In this document: positions 52,778 to 64,000 of the stretch, piece after piece
How positions within the stretch are numbered: the first letter of the stretch is position 1
Layout: each line of letters starts with the position of its first letter
NCBI GenBank assembly: GCA_976551045.1
Contig: CDPCPM010000151.1
Span: forward strand, 3,100,001-3,164,000
DNA from: Glaucostegus cemiculus
Taxonomy: Eukaryota
Direction: 5' to 3'
DNA length: 64,000 nucleotides
Made by a program: the position numbers and the translations under genes
The notes under the pieces: generated by a model
Told to the model about the DNA's origin: nothing
What the model saw: the letters and a program-made list of their open reading frames with translations, nothing else
The model's database searches: none

Positions 52778-54437
52778 ACTCTTAATATAGACACTGAGCA
52801 GGGGAGTGGAATTAATTGCACAGCTGTTTCCAAGAGCTAGCACAGACACAAAGGAATAAATGGCCTGCTTCTGTGTTGTATGATTACCTGGTTTTGTGAT
52901 AACGCTGATTGTGACCTCATATGGGATCTACAAGCAGACCCAACAAGCATCATGAGTAATAATTAGGAGTCTTCCTTTCAGCCAGTATGTTCCCCTTCTA
53001 ATGAGAAGCTGCCAGTGTTAGTGGTAATTCTTCATTTCCATACTGCCCAACATTGGTGCAGTAAACCTTCTAACTTTGGACTATGCTGGTCTATGCGAGT
53101 CAGCAAGAGGGTCTTTTATGGAAAGCAAGTATTCTGCTGTAAAACATATTTTAGCAATGTTTTCTCTGTCGGTGCTGCAATAACACTCAGCACAAAAGAG
53201 CTTCAGTTATTTGTGTAATTAGCATTTGGGAGTAAGGGCAGCAAAGAGATCTAATTTGTTACAGCCCCCTGCTGACCTACTCTCGATGCTGCCGGCAGTG
53301 ACCGTAATACCTCAGAGCAAAGGCAAGCGGTAATGTAAATATTTTAAGCTGGCAATTACCATCAGATGTCAACAGTAGGCCAAATATTGGCATATGGATT
53401 TACTGTTGTTGTAATGCATTACTGTCCATTCAGAGGAAAGTCCAGTGCCCAGTACTTCAATCTGTAATGGATATGGAGAATTTATGTGTGTGGGGTTGCA
53501 GACTAGACCTGCTGATTCAGTTCCTTACCTTATCACTCAAAAAGATTTCCTTTTAAAGTCAGTGGAAGGTTATTAAGAGGTTTAAGAGAAGAGGTTTAGA
53601 CGACCTTATTCCTGAAGGGTGAATTGACAGATCTTATTGACATGAGTTAAGCCGTTTCAGTCACAGATTTAAAATGCAGAGATTACACACAATGAAAGCT
53701 CCTTGTTGATGCACCTCTCACTGGTTCTCTGCCTCTGGGATCAGCTAATTTCCCAAAACAACATATAGATTTACCTCTCAGAAACAGGCTGATACCAGAA
53801 GAGCACTGATAGCCTATTGCTGTGTCAGTACCACAAACATCAACAAGATCTGTATGTCTGTAATCACTCTTTCTCCTAGACTCCGCTATTGAGTGCTATT
53901 TCCAAAGCGGAGAAGCCGAGTTACTGAGCGGGCTTGAGGAGAGGGCTTGTTGATACCAATCAGCAGCCTGACCTGCAGCAAAGATGAAGTCAGATGGAAA
54001 TTGTTCTCAGCTCCACTGGTGTTAAGCAACCGTTGAAGGAAGGTTTACTGGTGACTGTTACACGATTTTTGACTTCTGGCAATCTAAAGAGATTACTCAG
54101 CAGAAAAAAAATCTATACAAACACCCCAAATGTGGTTAATTTCCTATAAGAATTTTGGCATTTACTTTATGGCAATAAGTAACAAGTCAGACTTTAATCC
54201 TAACTTGGGCTAGGCTAATAAAATATTTTGGGCCTAGAGATTCTGTCATGTGACGCATGATATTTATGTGTCACATGAGTGATTGGTAACACTGATTCAT
54301 TTGCACAGGAAGTAATGCCAGCCAACGGTATGCAACATGTTTATTAAGAGCTTCATTAGGACACCGTTATATGCATGTGTCAATGAAGAATGTGCTGAGC
54401 TGGTATGTGGAACTTCTGTTTCCTGCAATGTTCAGAT

Positions 54438-54640
54438 GAATCAGAATCAGATTTATTATCACTGACATATGTCATAAAATGTGTTGTTTTGCAGCAGCAG
54501 TACAGTGCAAAACATGAAGATGTAAAAATTACTACATGTTACAAAAATAAATAATAGTACAAAAGAAGAATAATGAGGTAGTGTTCATGGACCATTCAGA
54601 AATCTGATGGTGGAGATATGACGTAGGTGTGCTGGGTCAC
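54438..54640 (-). mobile_element. Rex1-type 3' end
   Basis: gaatcagaatcagatttattatc, i.e. a (CTGATT)n tail plus AATAAA on the minus strand. Confidence 0.75.
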
Positions 54641-54814
54641 ATATAGTATAAAATCATAGATACGTAATTAACACGCAGTGTGCACCACACACAGGAAATT
54701 GGATGAGAAGCTGCTTCCATAAAAGCATGCATCTACGTAGCCTCGATAAAAAATATGCAGCATATCTGGAAGAGAGCTTCACACTGACATAAGTGAAGCA
54801 AAGCTTCATAGCCT

Positions 54815-55260
54815 TCGCTTTTTCCTACCTCAATCCCATTTTCCTGCCTCATCCACATATCCCTTGATTCCTCCAATATCCTTAAATCTATCAAGCTGAG
54901 TTTTGAATAAACTCAGTTGCTGAATCTCCACAGTCCTCCAGGTTAGAAAATTCCTAAGATTCACCATCTTTTGAGTAAACAAATTTCTCCTCATCTCGGT
55001 CCTAAATGACATGCCTTATTTTGTGTCTGTGACTCCTAATTCTAGACTACTCAGCCATGGGAAACATTTTCCCTGTGTCTACTCTGTCAAGACCTCTGAG
55101 AATTTTGCATATTTCAATGAGGTCACCTCTCAGTTTTCTAAACTATTTTCATTTTTCATGTTTCTAAAAAAGATAGCAGTCTATACTACTCAATTTCTCC
55201 ATATATGACAGATGTGCCACCTAAGAACCAAACTGTTGCCACATTCCCGTAATATACAAT
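54815..55260 (-). mobile_element. CR1 3' fragment
   Basis: FRTEMRRNLFTQKMVNL; probably continues at 55797-55905. Confidence 0.8.
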
Positions 55261-55334
55261 TCGCTACACTCCCATAATACCAAATATATCCTTTTTCAAT
55301 CCACGTGTGCAGTTTCATTGTGTGCAGTTCTGAT

Positions 55335-55796
55335 CAACCCAATACAGGAAGAATGTGGAGGCTTTGGAGAGCTGCATAAGAGGTTCACCAGGATGCTTTC
55401 TGGATTAGATTATTAGCTATAGGGAGAGGTTCAACAAACTTGGAATTTTTTCTCTGGAGCATCGGAGGCTAAGAGGAGACCTGATGGAGGTTTCTAACAT
55501 TATGAGAAGCAATAGATAGGGTAGGTAGTCAGAGTCTTTTTCCCAGGGGTGAAATGTCAAATACTACAGGACATAGCTTTAAGGTGAGGGGAGGGGGGCG
55601 ACATTTAAAGGAGATGTGTGGGGTGTTCCTTTGCACAGAGTGGTAGATGCCTGGAACGCACTGCCAGGAGTGGTGATGGAAGCAGACACAATAGTGGCAC
55701 TTAAGACACATGAACATGCAGGGAATAGAGGGATATGGATCGCATGCAGGCATCAATGGGCTGAAGGGCCTGTTGCTGTACTGTACCATTCTATGT
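55335..55796 (+). mobile_element. CR1 3' fragment
   Basis: RVVDAWNALPGVV and tail gggctgaagggcctgttgctgtactgt. Confidence 0.88.
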
Positions 55797-55949
55797 AATT
55801 GTCTTTACATATCAAGTGTCTTCACACTTGTACTAAAGTCCATTTGCAATTAAGGCCAACATCCAGGTGCCTTCCTAATTTGCTGCTGCATCTTCATGTT
55901 AGCTTGAATTCAATGTCCCCTATGAGAACAGCTGAGCTGTTAGACAGTT

Positions 55950-57180
55950 GCTCCATCGCAGGTAATTAGCCAGCTGGAGGCTGGGATGGTTTACTACCAG
56001 CAGTCTGGGCCTCGATGACCTGGATTCAAACCGCCACTCTTATCCCTCAGCACCTGCGGTCTGGACTGGCCAGTTCTCGGGCAACTGTGAGGACACTTCA
56101 GCTGTGGCAGTAGGATGAGTGCGAAGGTCATTATCCGGTGAGAACATAGCAGAGTCCAACACCATGGGCCCATTGACATTCTCCTGGGCTACGACAGTGG
56201 GCATTCTTATAACAGATCAGCCTGCTGCCCTCACAGCCTTGAGTGGGGTGGAACAAGGCCAGTTTGAAGCCGCCTGAGCAGCGAATCCTCAGGTAGTCTG
56301 GCCAGTGTTACGATGCCACTGTGAACATGGTTGGGTTCATACCCTTTGACATGGAGCTGGCCACTACTTCCCTGTAGGAAAGCATGGATCTTTTGCTCCA
56401 GTAGAGATTTGGGAAAGAGTATATTCCCACCAAGCTCCTTGGTACCTCCCCCTGATTTACAAGCAGACCAGACAATGCACTGAGCATGCTCATTGGCTTT
56501 CCCACACGAGTCCCTCTGAAGTATTCATCTGAGTATTCGTGTGCTACTTTACCCTCTGGTGAATTGCTGCAGCAACTACACTTTCTCCCTCGCCTGGCTA
56601 GAGATTAAGTATGTACCTGCTATGCACCTAAATTACCCTCCATATACCACAGTGCCAATATCAGATGAGAATGACAAACACATTTTGGGGGCGGGGGGTG
56701 GGGGGTGGTTGTGATTTCTTCTTCTTCCTTAGCAGGGCCCTCTGATGGGATTCTTTGCAGATCAGAACTGGATGAAGACACAGAAGTGTTTTCATTGTGA
56801 GGAGACTGCAGGTGTTTATCCATCTGGGTGTTCTCAGGCGGCAGCAGAAATGGTGGAATGAGGATTAGAGCTGCGAGAATTGATTAGCTGCGAGCACACT
56901 GCCATCCCTAATTTCCTGTTCAATGTGCTGTTCTTTGTCCAACGTAGTCAGTCTGGATTCCTTGATCTCTGTCAAAATGGTGCAAAGTACCTTAGGTAAA
57001 GATGTCTGATACCTGGCTTGATGTAGACCAATTAACGCAGCTCTCAAGCCTGTATCTTTGGCCAATGCATATGAGAACATCTCATGGCCATGTCGGTTTC
57101 CAAATCGTATCTCCTGTGTGGCCTCCCACTGTGAGTCTGTAGCCTGCTCTCTCCACAGATGTGGTGTTCATTTATACAGC
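55950..57180 (-). mobile_element. Possible ancient Harbinger-like DNA transposon remnant
   Basis: Locally GC- and CpG-richer, with broken coding-like stretches resembling recalled shark Harbinger ORF1 C-termini; no diagnostic motif. Confidence 0.3.
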
Positions 57181-59264
57181 TGTCTGTAATTTCAAGATGG
57201 ATTACTGCTAGTTTATTTGAAGACAGTTTGAGGATTGATTCTAGAGACTACTATCCTATAAATCCTGATTAAGGCTACTTTTCCCTAACATACAATGCCA
57301 TGTTGATGACTATTCCTACATTGTATGTAACTTCTAATCTATTTCAAGATTTGCTCAAATAGACTCTATTGGTAGCAGGATCAAGAGCCAAACTTCAGTG
57401 GAAAATTGTGGTACCATCCTACATCATTTATTTTGTTTTCCACAGATCTCACAATAGGATGAGCTGAGGAGCCGAATGGCCTAATTCTGCTCCTATATTT
57501 TATGGTCTTATGGTTTGTACCTCCTTTGCTTGGAAAGTTAATAAAATATACATTAAACTCTGTTTTGTTAGCTCTGACTTCATACATACCAATCATTAGC
57601 AGGGAAGATTTTCTTTGATCGCTCTATGTTGTCACATCTTAAACTTAGCAAGAAGTTTCTTCTCTCTACCATTTCCTAGCTAAATCACTAGTCTGTTTTT
57701 TTTTTATTGGGAAAGTCAAATCTTCCCACTGGGCCTGAGTTCATTAAACCAAAAGAAACAGAGAATCATTAATATTAATAAATAGCCTATAAAATTGCAT
57801 TCTCCAAGGGAAGAGTACAAAGATACCAAAACAGAGGACTCACAAACAATTCTCCTTCCCTGGCGAGCAACCATTTTTATGTGGCTAAGTCAAGAGATTA
57901 GCTTAAATTCCTGAGCACCCAACTGTACAACAATACTGGGGGCTGGAGAAGGGGTGTGGGTTTTCAGAATTCATTCACCCAGCCTATGAGCTGTCAGCCA
58001 ACTTGCTTAGATTACTAAATGTCATTAAACAATTTCATCTACTTCATTATGTAAGAAGGGGAAAGGGTGGGCAAGTGTACTTAGGAAGAAAAAGTATTTT
58101 TCTTATACAATGCATGGGTGCATGGTTGGATTCTGGAATGAATGGCCTGCAGCTGTGGTGAAGGCAGGTTCCATTGTGACCCTTGAGGGAGTTGGATAAC
58201 ATATGTAAGACTATGGAGAAATGCCTGGTGTGTGGAACTAGAGATTTGCTCTGGTAGAGAACTGACATGCACAAGATGGGCTGAATGTCCTCCTTCTGTG
58301 CTGCAATCATTCTATGCTTCTATGACTGTACATGAAAGAGTATCAAACTGCAGTTGTTTCAATGAGTAATTTTACAATTATTGGTAAGTGCTAACAAGGT
58401 GCTCATTATTTCATTGTATTTTATTTCTTATTATTGACTGTCTGGCATGGGAATTTTAAAACTTTGCTGTTTTATAGCCAACGAGTTTGTAAAAATTCTC
58501 AGGGCTCTCATTGATTTTGTTTCAGCCAGGACCTGACATTTTGGGAAATACGTCACATACATAGTAGTTTTTCCTTCACCCATTATATATAATAATTCAG
58601 ATATTCAAAACCACGGGACTATTTGTTTGAAGTTAAGAAGATAATATGACCTACATCCCATACGATTCAATATTAATTAATTTCCCATCCACTAAATTCT
58701 TTACCTGCCCAATTCCTCGTCTTGCAGGGCAGAATTATTAACCCCTCTTCTGGCTTTTTTCCAAATATTTATGCAACATCATTTTCATTCATTTCTTCAA
58801 AAAAAAATCTCAGTCTCTCCTAAAGCAACCCAGTATCTGGCATTTAATGAAACTTTTACATTCAAATAAATGTTTAACTCTTCACTCGATCCTGGTTTTG
58901 GTGCCTCCAGCTCAGTGCAGCACCTCAGTGGCAGACATACGATGCTGATCATCACTCACCACCCTTCCTTGTTTTTTAATCCAAATTTCTGCTGCCTTGC
59001 ACACCAGTGTTGCTTCTACTGGCACTCCTTCATCATTCATCTCCCCTGCACCAACCCTCAAGCTGATACTCTTGTCTGATTCTGGATTTCAGAGTTGCTG
59101 TCTCACATTTGAGGTATGAAACCAAAGTTTTGTTTATCTAACTGCCCAGCCCCATTGACCCAGTTGACCTGGCCTCAACCTTTCACAAATATTTTCTTTG
59201 TCCTATCCATTCTTCCAACTACCTTCAATGCAACTTAAAGTTACCATTTTTAGCTCTTTTTCCC

Positions 59265-59645
59265 AATTCTGATGAAACGTCTTAGTCCTGAACTGTTAGC
59301 TCTGTTTCTCTTTCCACACAGCACATTAGAGTAGCAGTTAGCATAATGCTATTACAGTTCCAGCAACCCAGGTTCAATTCTGCCGCTGTCTGTAAGGAGT
59401 TTGTACATTCTCCCGGTGTGTCTGCGTGGTTTTCCTCCGGGTGCCCCAGTTCCCTCCCACATTCCAAAGACGTACAGGTTAGGAGCTGTGGGCATGCTAT
59501 GTTGGCACCAGAAGAGTGGTGACAATTGCGGGCTGCCCCAGCACATTCTCTCAGTAACGCAAAAAGATGCATTTCTCTGTGTTTCGATGTACATGTGACT
59601 AATAAATAAATATCTTAAAATGCTGCCTGATCTGCCGAGTATTTA
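59265..59645 (+). mobile_element. Hammerhead-bearing repeat (copy G) split by a V-SINE
   Basis: CTGATGA at 59269, AACGTCTTAGTCCT-GAAC-TG-TT-AGCT, then tccacaca [SINE] atgctgcctgatctgccgagtattt. Confidence 0.68.
59321..59617 (+). mobile_element. V-SINE with Rex1-like tail
   Basis: Head, V domain and tail gtacatgtgactaataaataaatatctta. Confidence 0.92.
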
Positions 59646-59744
59646 GACAGAAGAATGGCAATCACATATACATGAGCGCTGTTAAGTAGGGCATAATATT
59701 ATCACTGTTTTTAGCACTGTCTGGTTTTGTTTTGAAGTTTTATT

Positions 59745-60022
59745 TAACCTGCTGAGTGGTTATAAAAGATCCTATAGTACTCTGTAAAAAAAAAGCACAT
59801 GGTGTTCTCTACTGGTTAACATACTGTATATCTCTCAATCAACAGAATTCAGAATTTTTGCTTGCTATCACATTGTAATTATGGGATCTTACTGTGTATG
59901 AGTTAGCTCCATTTCATACATTCGAACAATGAATGCACTTCAACAGTATTTGAATTGTTGTAGGGTGTTTTGGGAAGTCTAGAGGTTATGAATGGAGCTA
60001 CGTAAATGTAAGTTTTTCATTT
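59745..60022 (+). mobile_element. Old Deu-domain SINE
   Basis: aaagatcctatagtact..tctcaatcaaca..gggatcttactgtg..cacttcaa..ttttgggaagtct. Confidence 0.58.
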
Positions 60023-61818
60023 CCTAACAGTCTTCAGACAGCCATTAACTTCCCAGAAATAATTTGCTTTCCTGCACTTAGAGTCACATCTTGTGTGTCT
60101 GATTCTCCACTCTTGATCTCATTCAATTAATTCATATGCTCTTCATCATCAAGATATTTAAAGTTTTCTGCTAACATGCTGGTTAAATTAATTGGACTAA
60201 ATCAAGAGGTCCGAATTAATAATCCCCTGCTTTAGCTGTGTGAAAATTTAAATTCAGTTTTTAAAAAATGGAAATGTTTAATAAAAAGTGACCATGTCAG
60301 ACTTCTGTAAAATTCCAACTGGAATACAGGTTCATCCTTAGGGTAGGGAATCTGGCCCATATGTGATTTAGTTAAAAAAGGCCTAGCAAGCTATTCCCTT
60401 GTATAGGTTTGCCTTTGCAGTGATTCAAGAAAGTGATCACTATCTCTTTGACAAGGCTCAAATCTGAGAATGATTTACATGGTTGGTTTTGGCCTGTATA
60501 TCAACGTATTGTGAAATCAGAGAATTGTTACTGTGCAGGAGGAATTGTTCAGTCCAGCTTAGAGCAATTCAGTCAATCTTATCCCCCTATTCTTTCCCCA
60601 TGGCCCTGCAAATTATTCTTTCTCAAGTGCCTGTCCAATCTCCATTTTGAAAGCATCAATAGATCCCATTCCAACCAACTGCCCTTACAGGCAGCAAACT
60701 ACAAAGATTTTCCTTACATCCTCTTTGTACTTTTTGTCCCAAAATATTAAACCCTTGGGTCTTGAACCAAATGTGAACAGTTTCCCTCTTCTGATGCAAT
60801 CTAAACCAATAAACATCTTGTATACTGTTATCAAATCTACAGAGTACATTTTGATGCAATTCCCTTCAGATAAATTACCTTTATAATCTGTGAGACGTCA
60901 ACTCCTCCACAATTAATAGTAGGTTTTGTTTCAAGATTCTATGAATCTTTCACACACAGTCAGAAGTGAATCCAGGAAAGGTGTTTTCATTGTTTTCTTA
61001 ATGAAAATTGGGACAATCCCTTGACACTCATACCTAACAGAAAGTTATTGTGTCCTGCCTTGAAAGAGTTAATTGTCCCAGCATCTACAACATTTTGAGG
61101 TGGAGAATTCTACTGCACTTTTTGTTAAAATTGACAACCTGATTTCCCAACTAAATGACCTTCATCCACTTTTAAGATTGCGCCCCCTTATACATAATAG
61201 ATATGGAGCAGATGTGCATATTTACATTTTGATAAGTCCTACACAGATGGTGACTTGATAAAATATTTTCTCTATATTTTCTCAATCATATCCTCGTACA
61301 GGACATAGGAACTGGGGGAGAATATAGTCTTTGTGGTAAAGGATCAGCCATCATACTGAATGTTGGACCAGACCTGAGGAGTCAGGGGCCTACTCTTGAT
61401 TCTGGCTTTGATGTTCTTTCAGAGAGAATGACTTCAATGAAGAAAGGAATTGATGAATGTTGAAAATACAAAGATTATCAGTTAGTAACTGAAATTAGAA
61501 GGCTATTCATGGAGAAAACCAATCTGTAGAACTGATGGGGCGATACCAGGCCACATTCAAGGAAAAAAGCAATAGGAAAAGGACCAACAGGCAGCGATCA
61601 AGAGATAGAAGACACCAGGTACTTTTACAATGAGGCATCCAATGGGTCATCTTAAAATGTATGCTAGCTCCAACTGAAATAAATGCAGAGGTTGAAATGC
61701 TTGGTTGCTAATACAAGTTTACCAACTGCTCTACTTCTTCAACATATTCCACTTACATTCAAATGTTTACTTCAGTGAATTTACACAGACTCAGTTCCTA
61801 TCCAGAATGTTCATTTAC

Positions 61819-62498
61819 TCAGAATCAGAATCAGAATCAGTTTTTATTGTCACAACCATATACATACATAGTATGCATAGGAGCGAGATACCGTCCTCCT
61901 CAGGTGCTCGTCCCATAAAATAACATAACAACCAACAGAGACACACATACACACTTGACAGAATAAACATTACAAAACATTAAACATTAAAAGCTACGGA
62001 AGTTAAAATTAAATTAGTACGCAGATTAAATTAAAAATGGCCAGTAAATAAATTAATAGTTATTAAAGTGAATGGGCTGGTGTCGGACATTTAAAGTGCT
62101 GGTGCATTTCTGTGCACCTAGCATCTCTTAGTGTTAACAAAGGAAGATGGAGGGATGAGAGAGTTTGCAGTTCTGATGGCTTGCAGAAAGAAGCTATTGT
62201 TCAGCCTGGTCGTTCTTGCCCTGATACATTTAAGCCTCCTCCCTGATGGCAAAATTGTGAAGAGGTGATGGGAGGGGTGAGAAGGGTCGGCCATTATGCT
62301 TTTGGTCTTCCTCACACAACGGTCTTTGTATATGTCTGCGAGGGATGGAAGCGAGACACCTATGATCCACTCCGCAGCCCTAACTATCTTCTGGAGGGAC
62401 TTCCGCCCAGCAGCTGAGCAGCTTCCAAACCAAACAGTGATACATTGAGTTAGGATGCTCTCAATAGTCCCCCTATAGAAGGTTTTCATGACGGAGGG
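61819..62498 (-). mobile_element. Young Rex1/Babar LINE 3' fragment
   Basis: Uninterrupted 123-aa ORF 62118..62489 (FYRGTIESILT..HPSHHLFTILPSGRR..TTRLNNSFF) and a (CTGATT)n tail. Confidence 0.9.
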
Positions 62499-63631
62499 TC
62501 ACTGATGCATATTCCTGCAGCAGTGAGGTTTTGTCAATCCTCAAAAATACTGATGGAAAAATAACCTATAAAGAATTGAAAAGTCAAAATTGAAATGAAA
62601 TCTAGACATGCAAATTAATCCTTGAACAAATGAATCATCCAGCCACTCAAAATGTGGGAATGCCTTTGAAAAAGGCTAATTAAAAATGGACACAAACCTC
62701 ATCATCAGGGACTGGATGAATCAGACTGGGAAAAATAAACAGCTCATCTGCCAATATGCAATTCCATTTCCATTTAGATTCCCCTCTGAACCCAGTAATG
62801 TTTTTTACTCTCCAAAAAACTTGTTCAACAAGCATGAGATTGTCTGAGTCCAACTCATCTTGACAGCTGCTGAACATGTTTCTGTGTGATTGGCAGAAGG
62901 TAAATAATTGCAGCACAGAACTGGTCACATCAAAGTTTCTGTCCTCCTCTGGGCCAATGGAACAATCTTTTCTTTTTGTTGTTATTATAATTAACAATGA
63001 GCAACTTTTGATTATTCAAGAGGAAGGAATCATTCAGTATTTCTAAATTTCAACTCATGCTGCACATCTTCAATTGACTCAATTGATGTCATTTGATTTT
63101 CTTTGTACCAAGAGAAAAAATGACTTCCAGTAGAATGTCACAGCAAGGGAGAGAACGGTATATTGGAAGGAGACATTATATCAGGCAAATACATTGTATA
63201 ATAGGGACAGTTTCATTACAAATTAAAGGGTATGAACAAAGAATGATGGCTCATTCTGATACACAAATCATTTTTGAAATAATTTATCCACCGTTCGTAC
63301 GAGGATGAGTCATGGGCCAATTCTTCTGAGGTTCCTTTAAAGAACTAGAGTTCTATTCATATTCAAATATTCAGAAGAATGATGTATCTTATTCAGAGAT
63401 GCTTATGATTCATCATGGTTCTATGTGAACCATATTTTGCTATTCATTGAAACTTCAAAAGATATAGCTGTAATGTGCCTCAATCTCAAATCAGTCGGTT
63501 AATTGAACTTACTGTAATAGATCGATCAGATCAGGTAATTCAATGTTATTTTGTTAAATAGAAAATTATTGTCAGCCATCATTCCACTCAGAGGTGTAAT
63601 CAGAAAATGCCAGAATTGATCAGAAACTCAA

Positions 63632-63770
63632 GCATCATGAAAGATCAGTGACCTGAAATGTTAACTCTGTTTCTCTCTCCACAGATTCTGCCTGACATGA
63701 TGATTATTTTCACTTTTCTTTTCTATTTTTATCTTAGGTTTAAACCATCTGTGGTATATTTGCCTTTGGA
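63632..63770 (+). mobile_element. Hammerhead-bearing repeat, degenerate (copy H)
   Basis: ATCATGA-AAGATCAGTGACCT-GAAA-TG-TT-AACTC then tgtttctctctccacagattctgcctgac. Confidence 0.62.
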
Positions 63771-63880
63771 CTCCACCCAGAAATTATAATATCATAACTT
63801 TTCTTTATTTTGTGGATGAAATGATCACAAACTATTGTCCACTCAGTGTTTAGATTTCCCAACTCCCTTTGCCTAACCTA

Positions 63881-64000
63881 TGAGGAGGTTTACGAGGATG
63901 CTGCCTGGGATGAGGAGCATGCCTTATGAGAGCAGGTTGCGGGAACTCGGCCTTTTCTCCTTGGAGAGAAGGAGGATGAGGTGGGACTTGATTGAGGTGT
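63881..64000 (+). mobile_element. CR1 fragment running off the window
   Basis: RRFTRMLPGMRSMPYESRLRELGLFSLERRRMRWDLIEV. Confidence 0.88.

Noticed and set aside
53529-53610. Minus-strand exon-like segment
   Set aside because: Stops in all three frames.
58900-59260. Penelope GIY-YIG coding remnant upstream of hammerhead copy G
   Set aside because: Position is suggestive but no recognisable motif could be read.

Overview
Vertebrate (not prokaryotic) genomic DNA. The repeat content (HE1/V-domain SINEs with CR1/HER1 tails, Deu-domain SINEs, shark-type CR1, Rex1, RTE and Tx1 LINEs) points to a cartilaginous fish, probably a ray or sawfish; this is inferred from repeats I recognise, not from a search. 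The window reads as an intron or gene desert: a large share is decayed and often nested retrotransposons, separated by AT-rich unique sequence, with one 144-N assembly gap. No intact gene, rRNA, true tRNA or CRISPR array is supportable, and the recognisable ORFs in the track are LINE fragments. The most notable signal is a dispersed ~130-200 bp repeat, present in 8 copies, that carries a minimal type-I hammerhead ribozyme motif (CUGANGA-stem II-GAAA-palindromic stem III-UH) with paired stem changes between subfamilies, as known for Penelope-like elements. Also notable: a V-SINE family with two alternative LINE-derived tails, tandem Tx1 3' ends, a Harbinger-like Myb remnant, and a few low-confidence candidate exons and conserved-noncoding-like blocks. 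All family assignments are by eye and boundaries are approximate.
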